Source of the DNA: the human T2T-CHM13v2.0 reference genome, Homo sapiens
Assembly (NCBI RefSeq): GCF_009914755.1
Contig: NC_060940.1
Length of the DNA stretch: 64,000 nucleotides
Reading direction: 5' to 3' (one strand)
Below, piece after piece: positions 16,061 through 30,464 of this stretch. The position numbers and the translations under genes were made by a program. A model generated the notes under the pieces. That model had not been told where the DNA came from, did not search any database, and saw nothing but the letters and a program-made list of their open reading frames with translations. How positions within the stretch are numbered: the first letter of the stretch is position 1; every line of letters begins with the position of its first letter.

Positions 16061-16539
16061 ATCTAGATTATACCTCTTTTGTCCTTTTGCATTACCTGCT
16101 TCCGTGGTCCCCAAGCAGCAAAGGCATTCTCCATGTGGCAGGTACTATGATCATCATAGTGGTGCTCCCTGTGTGTGTGATCAGGTAGCTTTAATTTCCC
16201 ACAGAGACTGAAAATGTGGAAGTGTGTCTACCAGCTTTGCCATCTGTCCTAGATTTAGGTGTGACATCTGATTGCTGGGCCCGAGCATCCAGTGCCAGCT
16301 GTACTTCTGCAGATTACTGGGTAATCACAGTAGAACCTTTCTTGGGGGTTGCTTGTGACCCAGGCAGCACTGCTCAGCTTGTGGCCAGGGAGCTTCATGA
16401 CCATTGAGAGTAGGAGTCTGCACCATTACATGATCATAGGATAGCCTGCAGACATGTGATTCGTGTCTTGTAAGTTGTAACTGAGTAAATTTTTATATAT
16501 GGAAAGAAATAGAATGCTGAAAGGGGGATCATGAGGGTC

Positions 16540-16880
16540 CAGGTGTGGGGCTGGGGACATGGAAGGCCTCACTGAGAAGCTGGCATTTGAGCAAAGGCTT
16601 GGAAAAGTTGAAGGAGTGGGCTGTGTAGATAAGTGTTTTGAGGGCTTCAGGAATGGCCAGGACAAAGCCTTCGAGGTGGGGCATGTTCTGGGGATAGCCA
16701 GCCAAGCAGGGTGATGGGGGCAGAGTTATGGGGAGGAAGCAGGGGTCACATGACCCAGGGCTGTGGAGGCCTCCATAGCACTCAAGCTTTTCCTCCAGGG
16801 AGCCGGGAGCCATGGGAGAGTTTGCAGTGGATGACGGATGACTGATATGGCCCCTCGGGCTGCTCTGGTTGGCTTTCTCC
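16540..16880 (-). mobile_element. L2 fragment
   Basis: GGAAGGCCTCACTGAGAAG...TTTGAGCAAAGGCTTG...GGGAGCCATGGGAGAGTTT. Confidence 0.55.
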
Positions 16881-17349
16881 TGAGTCGTCCATTCTACCTT
16901 CTCGCCAAGGCTTCCTAGGTCATGTTTCAAGTCTGTTCAATGCATTTCCTTCTCCAGGTGGTCAGTGGAGACCTCACAGCAGAGGCTTATCTTGTTGAAC
17001 GTGGTGATTCATGTGGTGATTTCACAGGGTCAGCTCCCCATGTCTTGTCCCAGCGGTGTCCTCCTCCTACATCAGGAGAGGGAGGTCAGCTCTGGGACCC
17101 AAGAAAGGGCAGGGTGCCTTGGTAACCCTTCTGCAGGCTTGAGGGATTGGGGCAGTGTGCATCTCTGCGCGGAGGGCACTGAGGAGGATGGGCTTCTCAG
17201 ATCCTGGGCTCTGCCTTCTGGATCTGAGATCCAAGTTGCAAAGGAAGAGCTGGTTTCAGGCTGAAGCATTTTTTCAGCTTCATACAAGGCAGGAAGCCCA
17301 TCAAGCCCCCACATCGTCATCATTGTCATCACTGTCACTAACGCCACCA

Positions 17350-17505
17350 TAAGAGCTGACATTTATGTAGTATATGTTTATGTACCTGTTACAGCTCTAA
17401 GAGCTTTCCCTGTATTATTGCTTACTTAATTCCACAACTGTATGTGTTCAATACGCATTATTTCCATTTTACAGATGAGAACATTGAGGCATAGCCCAGG
17501 GTCAC
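17350..17505 (-). mobile_element. MIR
   Basis: CCATTTTACAGATGAGAACATTGAGGC. Confidence 0.75.
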
Positions 17506-17892
17506 TGTATTAGTCTGTTCTCACGGCTATAAAGAGCTACCAAAGACTGGGTAATATAAAAAGGAAAGAGGTTTAATTGACTCACAGTTCAGCATGGCTG
17601 GAGGGGCCCCAGGAAGCTTACAATCATGGTGGAAGGTGAAGGCGGGGCTGGCATGTGACATGGAGAAAGCAGGAGCAAGAGAGAGGGGGAGGGAGGTGCC
17701 ACATACTTTTCAACAGCCAGATCTCTCAAGAACTCACTGAATATTGCAAGGACAGCACCAAGAGATGGTGCAAAACCGTTAATGAGCAATTCATCCCCAT
17801 GATCCAGTCACCTTCCACCAGACCCCACCTCCAGTACTGAGGGTTACAATTCAACATGAGACTGCTGCGGAGACAGATATGCAAACAATATT
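17506..17892 (-). mobile_element. MST (MSTA-like) solo LTR
   Basis: TGTATTAGTCTGTTCTCAC...AAAGAGGTTTAATTGACTCACAGTTC...CCCCATGATCCAGTCACC...CAATTCAACATGAGA. Confidence 0.9.
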
Positions 17893-18110
17893 AGGTTGTT
17901 TCTACCTTTTGGCTATTATGAATAGTGCTGCTGTGAACATTCATATGCAGGATTTTGTGTAGATGTGTTTTCCTTTCTCTTGGGTGTACACCCAGGAGTG
18001 GAATTGCTGGGCCATGCGGTAACCATTCATTTAAGCATTTGTGACTACATTTAACCTTTTGAGGCACCACCAGCCTGTTTTCCAACGGGGCTACACTGTT
18101 TTGCATTTGC
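17893..18110 (-). mobile_element. L1M fragment
   Basis: TTTTGGCTATTATGAATAGTGCTGCTGTGAACATTC...GGAGTGGAATTGCTGGG. Confidence 0.8.
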
Positions 18111-18286
18111 CAAGGCCTGTTGGCTGTTTTGGAGGCAAACCCCTCCCCTTAAGTTCCAAAGAAGTGAATCCCCAGTGTCCTGAGGTCAGAATGTCCAGGG
18201 CACCCTTTTAGAGAGAGAGGGAGGAGGGTCCTGAGAGACTGTACTGGAGAGGCTGTGTGGCCCCAAGCCCACAGCACTGAGTTTGA

Positions 18287-18630
<344 letters not shown>

Positions 18631-18939
18631 ACCACTGTGCAATCTTGAGCAAGCTCCATAGCCTCTGTGGGCCTGGCCTCTGTTTCCCCCTATGCAAAAT
18701 GGGGCTTATCAGAGCATGCTGGAGGGGCTCCCATGAGATCAGGGGAGACATGAGCTTGGTGTAGTTTGTGGCCTATTGGACCTGCCTGATGAAGGTTGCT
18801 GCCTGTGAGGTTGGTGGTGTCTACCAGGCATTGTCCTCTAAAATATAATACTCCTATTCTAGGGGTGAGGAAGGAGTGTGGGTGTGTGTTCTGAGTAGCT
18901 CATGAGAGAGTGGGAACCTGTGCTAAGCCAGGCCTGGTC

Positions 18940-19437
18940 TCTCTGAGCATGGTGACTTGGACTTGTTGCTTTTGTGGCAGGGAACTGAAACTGTTGCAGA
19001 CACTCTTGGCCTGACCTTATCCCCTCAGCACACACCTCTGCACACCACAAGCCACTTGCTGGAAACACCTGTGACTATGCCTGAGGGCTTCTGCTAGCCT
19101 GTGGTGCAGGATAGGCTGGGAGTGCTGGGGTGTTAGTGCCTCCAGGGGTGGCATGGCTGGGTGGGGAATCGGCAGATCAATACCCCAGCTCCCTCACCCT
19201 CAGTCAGGACACTCCTGGCTTGTTCTGCACTGACTCCCAGGCTTCCCCAATGGACTTCGGCTCTATTTACTCACAGGAATAATAAGCTTGATGACACAGC
19301 CTTTATTTGCTGCGCTTCCTTCCCTGTCCACCACCCCATTCCCCTTGCAGTGATTCCTGGGATAGCCCCCAAATAAACTCCTTGTATGTACATCCTTGCC
19401 TCAGAGTCTGTTTCTGGGGGAACCCAGATGAAGACAG
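18940..19437 (+). mobile_element. LTR16-family (ERVL) solo LTR
   Basis: 3' end CCCAAATAAACTCCTTG...CCTCAGAGTCTGTTTCTGGGGGAACCCAGATGAAGACA. Confidence 0.7.
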
Positions 19438-19731
19438 AGACCCACTTAGACCCTGTGTCAGGAAACACATGGACCAGACTTGGGCCACCCTGGGACTTGC
19501 TGTTTTCTCTGTTCCCTGCGGTGTGTGAGCCTGTGTGTGCCTATGCATGTGTCTTTCTCCTCTTGCCCCTGATTGGCTAGCCTTGTCACTTCTGTCCTGA
19601 TTCTAGAGGGAGTGTCTGATGTCCCAGTTATTGCTGCCCTCAGCAGAGTCAGGATTTTTTGGCCGGGGCGGGGGGTGGGGTCAGAAACCAGCTCAAGCAA
19701 AAAAAGAGAATTTACTGGAACGTGTGGCTGA

Positions 19732-20122
<391 letters not shown>

Positions 20123-20217
20123 CATGCTTCTCTCCTATCCCAGACGACTCTAGTCTATAGAACACGTAACGTGGCCATGAGCAGCCTCATAAGAGACCGT
20201 TTTTCTCTCAGCATCTA

Positions 20218-20523
20218 TGCTTGGCCTTCGTTATTTGCAGCATCAGTATTGGTGAATTTGCCTTTCTGCTCCAACTTATTTGCAACCTGCAAAGCAGTAG
20301 TTCTGGCCCTTCTGTGGTCATTCTTGGTGATGCAGACTGGTGAAAAATTTGGGTCACCCATTCACACATGCCCTGCTGAGGTCAAACAAGATGACACTCT
20401 GCCTTCCTGTTTTAGCTTTCTTTTTGCAAACAGGTGTCCTTTCTGCCGTCCACTTAGTGCCTTATTTTCTGCAATTTCTTTTTTTTTTTTTTTGCTGGTG
20501 ATGTTGCTCTTTAAAATGGCCCT
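20218..20523. mobile_element. MER82-like TcMar-Tigger fragment
   Basis: GAAAAATTTGGGTCACCC...GCTGAGGTCAAACAAGATGACACTCTGCCTTC...TTTAAAATGGCCC. Confidence 0.75.
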
Positions 20524-21423
20524 GAGCAAAGTGCATTTATTTCTCATTAATTCATTCTTCCTGTTATTGATTTATTCAGTGACTATCTATGGATCATTTG
20601 CTCAGGGCAAAGCACTGTATTGAGTTCTGATAGAAGGAGACAGGGTCTTTAATTTCATCGACCTTATTGTTTAGTGGGAGAGGCAAGCACAACATTGATC
20701 AAATAATTTTGTACATGACTATATTTATAACGAAAATGAAGGTAACTTTTGCTTCCCTCTCTAAGAGGCACCAAGGGAGGTTATGCACCTGAGAAGCAGC
20801 CCAGGGAACAGCAGCGAAACTGATCTAACAGTGGCCTTCCTGGCCCTAGTGGCTGTGCTTTGTGGTCTAAGGCCACGTTTAACCTGTGTACCAGAGGGAC
20901 ATGAGTGTGCACTTCCTGGAATGACCCTGAGGTGTTCAGTGTGCTGGGGAAGGTCATATGGCACCACGTATGACAGCAGTGTTGGGGTTGAACAAGCCTG
21001 GGCTTGCCTCCTGAGTCTCCCATTCTGTCTGTGTGACTCCCTCCTTGGGTCTCAGTGTCTGCATCTGTCAAATGGGCACACCGGTGGTACCTTCCTCGTG
21101 TGTGGGTGTAAAGACTAGAGATCGGGTATGTAAAACCTTTAGGTTAGTGCTCAGTTATGAGCACTTTGGTTGGCAGTATCATCGATAAGGGATGGTTTTG
21201 CACGTCGGGGTTCAGGACTCAAAAGGGAAGGCCATTCCCAGTGTTAGTCACCTGAGAAGATGATGCATTCCCTAGGCTGGGAACTGGTTTCAGGATGATG
21301 TTTCCGTTTTCTTTTTTCTTTTTTTAGGTATTTCTCCTAGTGCTATCCCTCCTCTAGTCCCCCAACCCCTAACAGGCCCCAGTGTGTGATGTTCCCCTCC
21401 CTGTGTGCATGGGTTCTCATTGT

Positions 21424-23118
21424 TCAACTCGCACTTAAGAGTAAGAAAATGTGGTGTTTGGTTTCCTGTTCTTGTGTTAGTTTGCTGAGAATGATGGTTT
21501 CCAGCTTCATGCATGTCCCTGCAAAGGAGATGAGCTCATCCTTTTTTATGGTTGCATAGTATTCCATGGTGTATATGTGCCGCATTTTCTTTATCCAGTC
21601 TATCATCGATGGGCATTTGGATTGGTTCCATGTCTTTGCTCTTGTGAATAGTGCCGCAATAAACATATGTGTGCATGTGTCTTTATAGTAGAATGATTTA
21701 CAATCCTTTTGGTTTATACCCAGTAATAGGATTGCTGGATCAAATGGTATTTCTGGTGCTAGATACTCGAGGAATTGCCACGCTGTCTTCCACAATGGTT
21801 GAACTGATTTACACTCCTACCAACAGTGTAAAAGCATTCCTATTTCTCTACATCCTCTCCAGCATCTGTTGTTTCCTGACTTTTTTTTTTTTTTTTTTTT
21901 TTTTGAGACGGAGTCTTGCTCTTTTGCCCAGGCTGGAGTGCAGTGGTGCTATCTCAGCTCACTGCAAGCTCTGCCTCCTGGGTTCACGCCATTCTCCTGT
22001 CTCAGCCTCCTGAGTAGCTGGGACTACAGGCACCTGCCACCGCGCCTGGCTAATTTTTTGTATTTTTAGTAGAGACGAAGTTTCACCGTGTTAGCCAGGA
22101 TGGTCTTGATCTCCTGACCTCGTGATCCACCCGCCTCAGCCTCCCACAGTGCTGAGATTACAGGCGTGAGCCACCGCACCCGGCCTGTTGTTTACTGACT
22201 TTTTAATGATCGTCATTCTAACTGGCATGAGATGGTATCTCATTGTAGTTTTGATTTGCATTTCTGTAATGACCAGTGATGATGAGCTTTTTTCCTATGT
22301 TTCTTGGCTGCATAAATGTCTTCTTTTGAGAAGTGTCTGTTCATATCCTTTGTCCACTTTTTGATGGGGTTGTTTTTTCTTGTAAATTTGTTTAAGTTCT
22401 TTGTAGATTCTGGATATTAGCCATTTGTCAGATGGATAGATTGCAAAATTTTTCTTCCATTCTGTATGTTGCCTGCTCACTCTTATGATAGTTTCTTTTG
22501 CTGTGCAGAAGCTCTTTAGCTGAATTAGATCCCATTTGTTAATTTTGCCATTGGTTTTGGTGTTTTAGTCATGAAGTCTTTGCCCATGCCTATGTCCTGA
22601 ATGGTATTGCCTAGGTTTTTTTCTAGGGTTTTTTATGGTTTTAGGTCTTATGTTTAAGTCTTTTATCCATCTTGAGTTAATTTTTGTATAAGGTGTAAGG
22701 AAGGGGTCCAGTTTCAGTTTTCTGCATATGGCTAGCTGGTTTTCCCAACACCATTTATTAAGTAGGGAATCCTTTCCCCGTTGCTTGTTTTTGTCAAGTT
22801 TGTCAAAGATCAGATGGTGGTAGATGTGCGATGTTATTTCTAAGGTCTGTGTTCTGTTGCAATGGTCTATATATCTATTTTGGTACCAGTACCATGCTGT
22901 TTTGTTTACCATAGCCTTGTAGTATAGTTTGAAGTCAGGTAGCATGATGCCTGCAGCTTGTTCTTTCTGCTTAGGGTTGTCTTGGTTGTGTGGGCTCTTT
23001 TTTGGTTCCATATGAAATTTAAAGTAGTTTCTAATTCTGTGAAGAAAGTCAATGATAGCTTGATGGGAATAGCATTGAATCTATAAATTACTTTGGGCAG
23101 TATGGCCATTTTCACCAT
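21424..23118 (-). pseudogene. Disrupted L1 ORF2 C-terminal coding remnant
   Basis: Frameshifted and stop-containing ORF2 pieces, further interrupted by an AluY. Confidence 0.9.
21881..22185 (-). mobile_element. AluY inside the L1
   Basis: AluY diagnostics; TSD tgttgttt(c/a)ctgact. Confidence 0.95.
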
Positions 23119-23402
23119 ATTGATGCTTCCTGTCCATGAGCATGGAATCTTTTTTCATTTATTTGTGTCCTCTCTTATTTCCTTGAGCAGTTGTTTGTAG
23201 TTCTCTTTGAAGAGGTCCTTCACATCCCTTGTAAGTTGTATTCCTAGGTATTTTATTCTCTTAGTAGCAATTGTGAATGGGAGTTCACTCATGATTTAGC
23301 TCTGTGTTTGTCTGTCATGGTGTAGAAATGGTTGTGATTTTTGCACATTGATTTTGTATCCCGAGACTCTGCTGAAATTGCTTATCAGCTGAAGGAGATT
23401 TT

Positions 23403-23815
23403 TCTATAACAGTGTGAAAACACAGGAGCTTAAAACAACAATTCTGTGGGTCAGGAATTTGGGCAGAGCTCAGTCAGTGGATTTGCTGTTCTGTCTCACT
23501 TGGTGTTGCCTGGAGTCCCTTACCTGAATATATTCATCGGATGGCCAGGCTGGAAGTTCCCAGGCAGCTTTCTGGGCCGCCAGTGTTCCTTTGTGCAGCG
23601 TCTCTCCCTGTTCTGTGGCTAGTTTGGGCTTCCTTACAGCATGGTGGTCTCATAGTAGCTAGTCTTCTCTGTGATGGCTTCCAAGGCACAGAAAGCAGAA
23701 GCCTGAAGCTTTTGCTGTGTTAAAAGGAAGTCACAAGGCCAGCCCTGACACAGGGAAGGGAAATAGATTCTACCTGTTGATGGGAAGAAGTTTGTGGCTA
23801 TCGTGAATCCACCAG
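23403..23815 (-). mobile_element. Old MLT1 LTR remnant
   Basis: GCTTAAAACAACAATTCTGTGGGTCAGGAATTTGGGCAGAGCTCAG...GGGCTTCCTTACAGCATGGTGG...TAGATTCTACCTGTTGATGGGA. Confidence 0.75.
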
Positions 23816-24246
23816 AGATGGAGACCCTGGTATTCAGGGGCATCTCTCTGAGCCTTGACCTTGGGTGTGTTGAGTGATCTAGAAGGCAGGTCTGGTACTT
23901 GGATATTAGAAGGCTGCCCTCCATAAGGAGAGAGGATAAGGGGCTGGGAACCCAGGCTGGGGTCTGTGTGTTAGTGCCAAACTTTGGGGCTAGGATATAA
24001 ATGTCTTAAGATACAGCGGAGGGGAATGGTACCGGGTCTGAAGGATAGGCTGTCTTTTTGCTTGTTTTCTGGTTATTTCACTGTTCTCCTCAATAGGTAA
24101 TAAGGTCTTCTCAGGGGACCTGCCTGTTTTAGCAGTGCTTCAGGAGCTGAGACAGGGGCAGAGATATAGTCTGGGGTCAGAATGTTTAGGAGTGGAGGAT
24201 CTGCGAGGTGGGGTGTAGCCGGGATTGGATTGAAAGGTACCCATGG

Positions 24247-24790
<544 letters not shown>

Positions 24791-25596
24791 CAGCTGCTGG
24801 AGATGGTGGCGATAAGAAGTTACTTTTATTATTATCAGGACTGCTTGTTCCAGTGGCTGTTCCAGCCTGACAAATCTTCCAAGGCAAAACCAGAGTTGCT
24901 GAAGTTAACTTTTAAACATTTCCTTTTTTTCCTGAGTTATGGAAGGAATGATAATTGGGGAATTCAGGCTTAAAATGAAGCACCTGTGATATGACGCTCT
25001 GGAACGCCTCTTCATGCAGAGGGTGGTTATGCGAAGGGAGGAGGTTTTATTGCATATGGGGCCTTACTGGACAGTGAAGGGAGGGGGTTCCCAGCTCTCC
25101 CTGGTGGGCCCAGGCTAGAGCATGGGTCTCCCAGTCCTCACCAAGGGGTCTCAGCCTCAGCAGGTTGGCAGCCACACAACACAGTGAGATCCTTCTGTGT
25201 AGCTGAGCCTCTGATTCCCAGAGGTGAAGATACAGTCTTAGAGTGTATCCCAGGGACCCTGTCTTTCCAGTGGGAAACTGCAGGGGCTGAGAGACCACCC
25301 CCTAGAGGCTTCCTCATTTGCATCTTTAACACTGCCATGGTTGGGGGCTGTTTTCTTCTTCAGCCTGCCCTGCCTGGGCTCTGTTGACTACTCAGCCTGT
25401 TGTTCTGAAGTTCTCCTGGCCCTTTCAGAGGCCATGGGGGCTCAAAAGCCACTCAGAACACAAGTCCCTCTTCAGCTGCTGGGAGTCTGAGCATGGGAAA
25501 ATCCAGCCTGATTTTTTCCAGTTCCCATGCAGGTGGTGGCTTCTTCGACTCTCGCGGTCTTCTTGGTGGAAACCTTTGTAGGTCTTAAGTGCGCTA

Positions 25597-25922
<326 letters not shown>

Positions 25923-25925
25923 TCA

Positions 25926-26223
<298 letters not shown>

Positions 26224-26321
26224 TAGGCTTCAGATACTGAACTATCTGGCATATCCTATTTTGGGACCATGAAAAGGGTGACCTGGCAAGTCTGAGAAGG
26301 AGACCTTGTCCCTCATTATAA

Positions 26322-26488
26322 TTTTTTTTTTTTTGAGACACGGTCTCATTCTGTTGCCCAGGTTGGAGTGCCATGGTGCAATCACAGCTCAACTACTGCC
26401 TTGACCTCCTGGGCTCAAATGATCCTCCTCCCTCAGCCTCACAAGTAGCTGGGACTACAGGCATGCACCACCATGCCCAGCTAATTTT

Positions 26489-26525
<37 letters not shown>

Positions 26526-26643
26526 TAGAGGTGGGATCTCACTATGTTGTCTAGGCTGGTCTTAAACTCCTGGGCTAAAGCAGTCCTCGCATTTCAGCCT
26601 CCCAAAATGCTGGGATTACAGGCATTAGCCACGGTGCCCAGCC
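26322..26643 (-). mobile_element. AluJ with a long internal poly-T linker
   Basis: CCTTGACCTCCTGGGCTCAA J-type diagnostics. Confidence 0.92.
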
Positions 26644-27244
26644 AGAAATTATGACTTACTCCCAAGGTCCTGATGTCCAGAAGCAAGAACTGAAAGTGCG
26701 GTTGCGCTGTTATCATTAGTGGGAAAACACTCAGGCACCTGGGGCCACATCCGGTTCTGCCTCTTTCTAGCTGGTCTAGAGTCTTCTCTGAGCTGGGCTT
26801 TTTTTCCTATGCCCATTGCACAGTTACCCATTTATTGCCCAGAAGGTGACGGGCACTGGATGCGTTAGATGCTGGGGAAATAGAGGCACAACCATCACAG
26901 TGTCCTTCTTGTGAGTTTTGAAGGCTGGTGGGGAGAGACGGATGGTAAACAGGGAGGTGAAGACAAAGCCCTCTCTTTACAAGCGAAGTCAGCACAAGGG
27001 ACAGGAAGAGCGCGCATGATGGGTGGTCAGGAAAGGCCTCTCTGAGGAGCTGATATTTAGGCCGAGATCCGATGGGAAGAATCCTCTAGGTGGAGAAGGA
27101 CTATGCATCCATCCCCCATGTATAAAATGGGAATAATATTAGTACCTGTGCCGTGAGGCAGTTGTGAAGGTAAAATGAATTAGTGCGTGTGAAGCACCTA
27201 TCTTCCACTAAAAACAGAAAGCTGTTTTAGATGTTGATATTACT

Positions 27245-27295
27245 ATTATTATTTTTGAGAAGGAGTTTCGCTTTTGTTGCGCACGCTGGAGTGCA
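27245..27295 (-). mobile_element. Very short Alu 3' fragment
   Basis: TTTTTGAGAAGGAGTTTCGCTTTTGTTGCGCACGCTGGAGTGCA followed by non-Alu sequence. Confidence 0.8.
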
Positions 27296-27474
27296 TCGTC
27301 TTGAGGGGTGCTGCGCAAGGCACTAGGGTGGTTTTAAACGCCTTTCGTCAGCTGTGTTTGGTGTTGCTACAGCTTCAGTAAACACAAGTGATAAAACAAC
27401 AGCCCTCAAACTGCACCTGCCCTTCCAGAAGATGACAAAGATGTATGTAGAACATCAGAGGGTACCTTGTGATT

Positions 27475-27626
27475 ATTTTATTTTATCTATTTATTTTTAA
27501 AATTTCAAGTAGAGATAGGGTCTCACTGTGTTGCCCAGGCTGGTCTAAAACTCCCAGACTCAAGCGACCCCCATGCCCTTGGCCTCTCAGAGAGCTGGGG
27601 TTACAGGCATAAGCCCCTGCACTCGG
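27475..27626 (-). mobile_element. FLAM/Alu monomer
   Basis: Single arm; TSD ttgtgatt. Confidence 0.85.
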
Positions 27627-28578
27627 TTGTGATTCTTTCACTTAACACATTTATTGATAAGTTATTACATGTCAGGCCCAGGCCAGGGTAGGCAAAAATG
27701 AGACAAGCTCCCTGTGCTTATGAACATGTTCTCACGTTCCTTACTGTTTCGGGGAGAAGGGGGTTAAGTGAACACTTGGGGTTGAGAGCAAAGACCCAAA
27801 GGAGAAGACAGATTCTGGGAGGGAAGGGGCAAGATTAGAGAGACCTGGTTGTCATCTACTCTCTGTTCCTTCCTTTCATGTGGCCTGGGCTCGGTCACTT
27901 CCTCTCTGTCGGCTCGTGTCCCCTGATCTGTGAAGTGAGAATTACAACACCTACTTTACAGGGCTCTCGTGAGTATTCAGCCAGCTAGTGTGTTAAGCTC
28001 TTACTCCTGTTAGGATTGCTTCGGCCCTCTGTGCCTCAGTTTCCTCACTGGTGAGGTCCTTTCTGCCTGATCAAGTCTGTGGCTCAGTCAGCTCCTCACT
28101 TCCTGCCCCTCTGGAGGACATCCCATTAGTCTCTCATTCCATCGTGCTCTTCTCTTTGGGAGCATTGTCATATGGTGGTTATTTATATTTATGTGGGCAT
28201 TTAATGTCTCTCTTTCTCAGACTGTCAGCTCTTTGAAAGGGGGCTGTTTGTTCCATTCATTGTTCCTGTGTCATGCATGATGACTAGCACATACCAGGTA
28301 GACCATAGATGCTGTCTGCATGGGTGAATGCCATTCTTCCTCTGCTTGCATCTTGGGGATACTCATCGGCTGCACGGAAATGGAGCTCCGAAGGCCTGAG
28401 CTTCAGGAATTATCTGCTTGGTGGGGGCTGTGTTTCTGGAGGCTTCAGTGGCCTGAACAATAGCCAGGACAGAGCCAACTAGCCGGGCATACCTTTTCTC
28501 TGCAGCAGCAAGCCTTGTTGGCACTGTGGGCAGCAGGAAATGGTTGAAATAACTTCCATCATGATGCCCCTTGTCATG

Positions 28579-28594
28579 AGTTTCCATGGAAACT
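28579..28594. promoter_or_regulatory. Candidate RFX X-box / NFAT-dimer palindrome
   Basis: Perfect 16-bp palindrome AGTTTCCATGGAAACT in non-repeat sequence; function untested. Confidence 0.35.
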
Positions 28595-29410
28595 GAGGGC
28601 TGCTGAGCCTGTCACTCTGGCATAAGGGAGGAGTGTGGAGGGCAGCCTCATGAGAACTGGTATTTAGGTAGAATATGAATAGGGGGATTTGATTCCTTTT
28701 CCATAAGCTAGTGTGGGCTCATGGATTTTTTTTTTTTTTTTTTTTTTACTGTGGTGGGGCTCTTTGAATCACAAAAATAAATACAGCTTTTTAGTGAGAA
28801 CTTAGGGTATTTCCAACACTGTCATCTTATTTCATCCTTCTAGGCCCACCATGAGGCAGGTGTAACTCCTTCAATTTGCAGAGGAAGCTGAGGCTCAGAG
28901 AGGTCCAGTGACTTGCTCAAGTCTACACAGCGGGGCATGGCAGAGTTCAGATCCACATTCTGGTCGGCCTGACTGTGGGGTTCAGTGGGGGTTGGCGGTG
29001 CTTGAGCATGGAAGACAAAGACCTTGTTGGGTGCCGGGCTGCTTCTAGAGATGGATGTGGTGGGTGGAGGATGGTTTGTGTTCTTTCCAGAGTCAGATGG
29101 CTGGGCAGAGTCAGGACATCCTGGGGGTGTTGGATTCCCAGGTGTGGAGTGACAACACTGCCTCATATCCATTTTCAGAGCTCATTTCTGAGGCTTCATC
29201 TGGTACCAACCCTGTGAGGCGAGGATGCTCCTGCGAATCCCCTTGTGCAGCCAGGCTTGGAGAAGTCAAGGATTTGGCTTGGGGCACCCAGGAAGCCTGA
29301 GGCTTAGCTGGGTGGACCTCCTGGCTCCTCGCCCACTGCTTTTCACCCTGCCCTGAGGTGTGAGATCTTCCCAGCCACCTCTGGAAGGCTGGACTCTATC
29401 CCAGCTCAGT

Positions 29411-29722
29411 TATTTATGTATTTATTATTATTATTATTTTTTGAGACCAAGCTTCGCTCTTTCGCCCAGGCTGTAGTGCGGTGGCGCTATCTCGGCTCAC
29501 TGCAACCTCCGCCTTCTGGTTTCAAGCGAATCTCCTGCCTCAGCCTCCTGAGCAGCTGGGATTACAGGTACCCACCACCATGCCTGGCTAATTTTTGTAT
29601 TTTTAGCAGAGATGGGGGTTTCACCATGTTGGCCAGGCTGGTCTCGAACTCCTGACCTTGTGATCTGCCCGCCTCAGCCTCCCAAAGTGCTGGGATTACA
29701 GCTGTGAGCCACTGTGCCTAGC
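29411..29722 (-). mobile_element. AluS
   Basis: Antisense dimer; TSD agctcagtt. Confidence 0.95.
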
Positions 29723-29979
29723 CCTAGCTCAGTTTTAAAAATTACATTTAGTAGGTCTTATTTTCCATTATCAGAGAAATGCAGATTCATTCTAGAACCT
29801 TTGGAAAAGATAGACAAACACAAAAGAAAAATATCTCCCATTGACTACCCTCCAGGGAGCACTGGACCCAAACTAGGATCTGGTTGCTTTTCTGTGAAGA
29901 TGTCCTATTTCATCTTTAAGGATTATGATCTTTTAGGTAATGGAAGTTGTGCTTCATATTTTAAGAACTTTTTAAAATG

Positions 29980-30410
29980 AACTTTATTTCATATTTAATT
30001 TATATACAATAAAAGGCACTCATTTTAAGTACACAGTTTGATGCATTTTGACACATGTGTAGACATGTGTAACCACCACCCTAATTGAGACACAGAACAC
30101 CTTCCATCGCAGGAGAGAGGGTTCCCTCACTTCCCTCTGCAGTCTGCAGCCCCCCACCCTCCCCAGCATGCACACTCCCTGCCCCAGGCTACCCCAACCT
30201 ACTTTGAGTCATCCAGGATTTTTCCTTGGTTTTAGAATTTCATAAACATGGAATGAAACAGTAGACTGTGTTTTGCATTCGACTTCTTTTGTGTGATGTT
30301 CTCAAGGTTCACCCATGTTGTTGCTAGTGTCAGTAGTTTTTCCTTTTCTGTTGCTGAGCAGCATTCCAGTGACCGAATATACCACTGCCTACTCCCCCAT
30401 TCTCCTCATG
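29980..30410 (-). mobile_element. Old L1M (L1ME-like) 3'UTR fragment
   Basis: TTTTAAGTACACAGTTTGATGCATTTTGACA...GTAACCACCACC...AGGTTCACCCATGTTGTTGC. Confidence 0.7.
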
Positions 30411-30464
30411 GGAGATCTTGGGCATATCAGTTTTCCCCTCTGTATAATGGGGAAACATTACCCA

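Larger units (their letters stand above)
21325..23402 (-). mobile_element. L1PA fragment (distal ORF2 plus partial 3'UTR), about 1.8 kb excluding the inserted AluY
   Basis: Canonical L1 sequence; minus-strand ORFs 22906-23118, 22565-23011 and 21424-21795 translate to L1 ORF2 pieces ([58 protein letters not shown]). Confidence 0.97.
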
